From Flavobacterium sp. (lineage in GTDB: Bacteria; Bacteroidota; Bacteroidia; Flavobacteriales; Flavobacteriaceae): DNA of 60,095 nucleotides. How positions within the stretch are numbered: position 1 is the first letter of the stretch; each line of letters begins with the position of its first letter. The notes under the pieces were generated by a model. The model ran no database searches. It saw nothing but the letters and a program-made list of their open reading frames with translations, and was not told the origin of the DNA. The translations under genes and the position numbers were made by a program. The stretch is taken from positions 1 through 60,095 of the forward strand of contig JBDTNT010000169.1 in the NCBI GenBank assembly GCA_039933615.1, written 5' to 3'. This document shows, one piece after another, positions 58,691 through 60,095 of this stretch.

Positions 58691-59173
58691 ATGAAAGAAA
58701 TTAGCGTTACATCATCATTTTTATCATACGATTCACTAGACGAATTACCAAAAGATGTTCAGGATTTAATGGCTGAAGCAGTCGGAATCCGCAAAAAAGC
58801 CTACGCCCCCTATTCCCAATTTAGAGTTGGAGCAGCCTTATTGTTAGATAATGGAAAAGTAATTTCAGGTTCTAATCAGGAAAACGCAGCGTATCCTTCA
58901 GGATTATGTGCAGAAAGGACCGCTATTTTTTACGCCGGAAGCAGGTATCCAGAAGCCAAAATTTTAAAAATGGCAATTACTGCAGCCTCAGATACGAATC
59001 AGACAAAAGCACCAATTCCTCCATGCGGGTCTTGCAGACAATCAATTGCGGAATATGAAATTAAACAAGACACCCCTATAGAAATTTATTTTATGGGTGA
59101 AATTGGTGAAATTTATAAATCTGCATCCCTAAAAAATCTGCTTCCTTTTATGTTCGATAAAAAGTTCTTGTAA
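58691..59173 (+). CDS. cdd: Cytidine deaminase
   Basis: AYAPYS.F.VGAA, NQENAAYP, CAER and PCGSCRQ motifs. Confidence 0.95.
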   Translation: MKEISVTSSFLSYDSLDELPKDVQDLMAEAVGIRKKAYAPYSQFRVGAALLLDNGKVISGSNQENAAYPSGLCAERTAIFYAGSRYPEAKILKMAITAASDTNQTKAPIPPCGSCRQSIAEYEIKQDTPIEIYFMGEIGEIYKSASLKNLLPFMFDKKFL

Positions 59174-59331
59174 AAAAAGACCAAAAAGTGGCTTTTAAAT
59201 TTTAGTTCTTAAACGGAATGTCTTATTTTTGCATCCCGACCTTTCGGGCGCAAATTTGTGGGAGGAAACTATTTTGCGTTATAGGCAACAATTGATAACA
59301 CAAACAAACTTTAGCAAAAGAAAGAATTCAG

Positions 59332-60095
59332 ATGAAAGAAGTTACAAAAGAAGTATATTTAAAGTGGTACGAAGACATGCTGCTTTGGAGAAAGTTTGAA
59401 GACAAACTTGCAGCATTATACATCCAACAAAAAGTTAGAGGTTTTCTACACTTATACAATGGTCAGGAGGCTGTCCTGGCTGGTGCTCTGCACGCTATGG
59501 ATTTAACCAAAGACAAAATGATTACTGCATACAGAAATCACGTTCAGCCAATTGGTATGGGAGTTGACCCAAGACGTGTAATGGCTGAGCTTTTAGGAAA
59601 AGTAACAGGAACTTCTAAAGGTATGGGAGGTTCTATGCACATTTTCTCTAAAGAACACCGTTTTTACGGAGGACACGGAATCGTAGGTGGACAAATTCCG
59701 GTAGGAGCTGGTTTAGCTTTTGCTGATAAATATTTTGAAACTGGCGGAGTAACTATGACTTATTTTGGTGATGGTGCTGCAAGACAAGGTTCATTACACG
59801 AAGCTTTCAACATGGCTATGCTATGGAAATTGCCAGTTGTATTTATCGTTGAAAACAACGGTTATGCAATGGGAACTTCTGTTGAAAGAACTGCAAACCA
59901 CACGGACATCTGGAAACTTGGTTTAGGATACGAAATGCCTTGCGGACCAGTTGATGGAATGAATCCTGTAAAAGTTGCTGAAGCAATGACGGAAGCGATT
60001 GACAGAGCCCGTCGTGGTGACGGACCAACTTTCCTTGAAATGAAAACGTACCGTTACAGAGGACACTCTATGTCTGATGCACAATTATACCGTTC
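59332..60095 (+). CDS. pdhA: Pyruvate dehydrogenase E1 alpha subunit (runs off the window end)
   Basis: Manual translation MKEVTKEVYLKWYEDM...RGFLHLYNGQEA...GGSMH...FGDGA...ENN...TYRYRGHSMSD; not in the ORF track because there is no stop in the window. Confidence 0.96.
   Translation, partial: MKEVTKEVYLKWYEDMLLWRKFEDKLAALYIQQKVRGFLHLYNGQEAVLAGALHAMDLTKDKMITAYRNHVQPIGMGVDPRRVMAELLGKVTGTSKGMGGSMHIFSKEHRFYGGHGIVGGQIPVGAGLAFADKYFETGGVTMTYFGDGAARQGSLHEAFNMAMLWKLPVVFIVENNGYAMGTSVERTANHTDIWKLGLGYEMPCGPVDGMNPVKVAEAMTEAIDRARRGDGPTFLEMKTYRYRGHSMSDAQLYR

Noticed and set aside
515-60028. Numerous short ORFs antisense to or nested in long genes (e.g. 515-715, 10583-11050, 26592-26888, 59843-60028)
   Set aside because: Shadow ORFs of confidently assigned genes with no motifs of their own.
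50293-60095. murF-gldJ-porU-porV-cdd-pdhA as a novel system
   Set aside because: This is a well-described conserved Flavobacterium gliding/T9SS locus.
1-60095. tRNA, rRNA, IS, prophage or defence systems
   Set aside because: No cloverleaf or rRNA-like segments, and no transposase, integrase, phage or recognisable defence proteins were seen.

Overview
AT-rich Bacteroidota chromosome segment, almost certainly Flavobacterium (gldJ-porU-porV, TAnnTTTG promoters, SusC/SusD systems). From left to right: (i) an unexplained tandem palindrome and a small ORF at the edge; (ii) housekeeping genes (MOSC, aat, DUF3127, flavin reductase, PorY-like kinase, HIT, greA); (iii) a minus-strand cluster of GGGP synthase, pnuC, a NadR-type kinase fused to DUF4301, and arfB, followed by a TonB receptor under a TPP-like riboswitch; (iv) a Crp/Fnr-truncated haemoglobin module, PPTase and ahcY; (v) orphan ORFs, an alkylation-repair cluster, an NrtR regulator and a transglutaminase-like protein; (vi) a ~25 kb beta-glucan PUL with two SusC/SusD pairs, three GH30, two GH3, GH5-CBM6, an EEP phosphodiesterase and a propeller-YYY-LuxR regulator; (vii) murF, gldJ, porU, porV, cdd and the 5' part of pdhA. 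The best leads for something undescribed are the PnuC/kinase/UGPase-like DUF4301 salvage module next to a TPP aptamer lacking the canonical pyrophosphate-contacting CG, a split Ada whose Zn domain lacks the methyl-acceptor cysteine, a greA leader terminator, and the phosphodiesterase-containing double-SusCD PUL. All family calls come from motif recognition by eye, not database searches.
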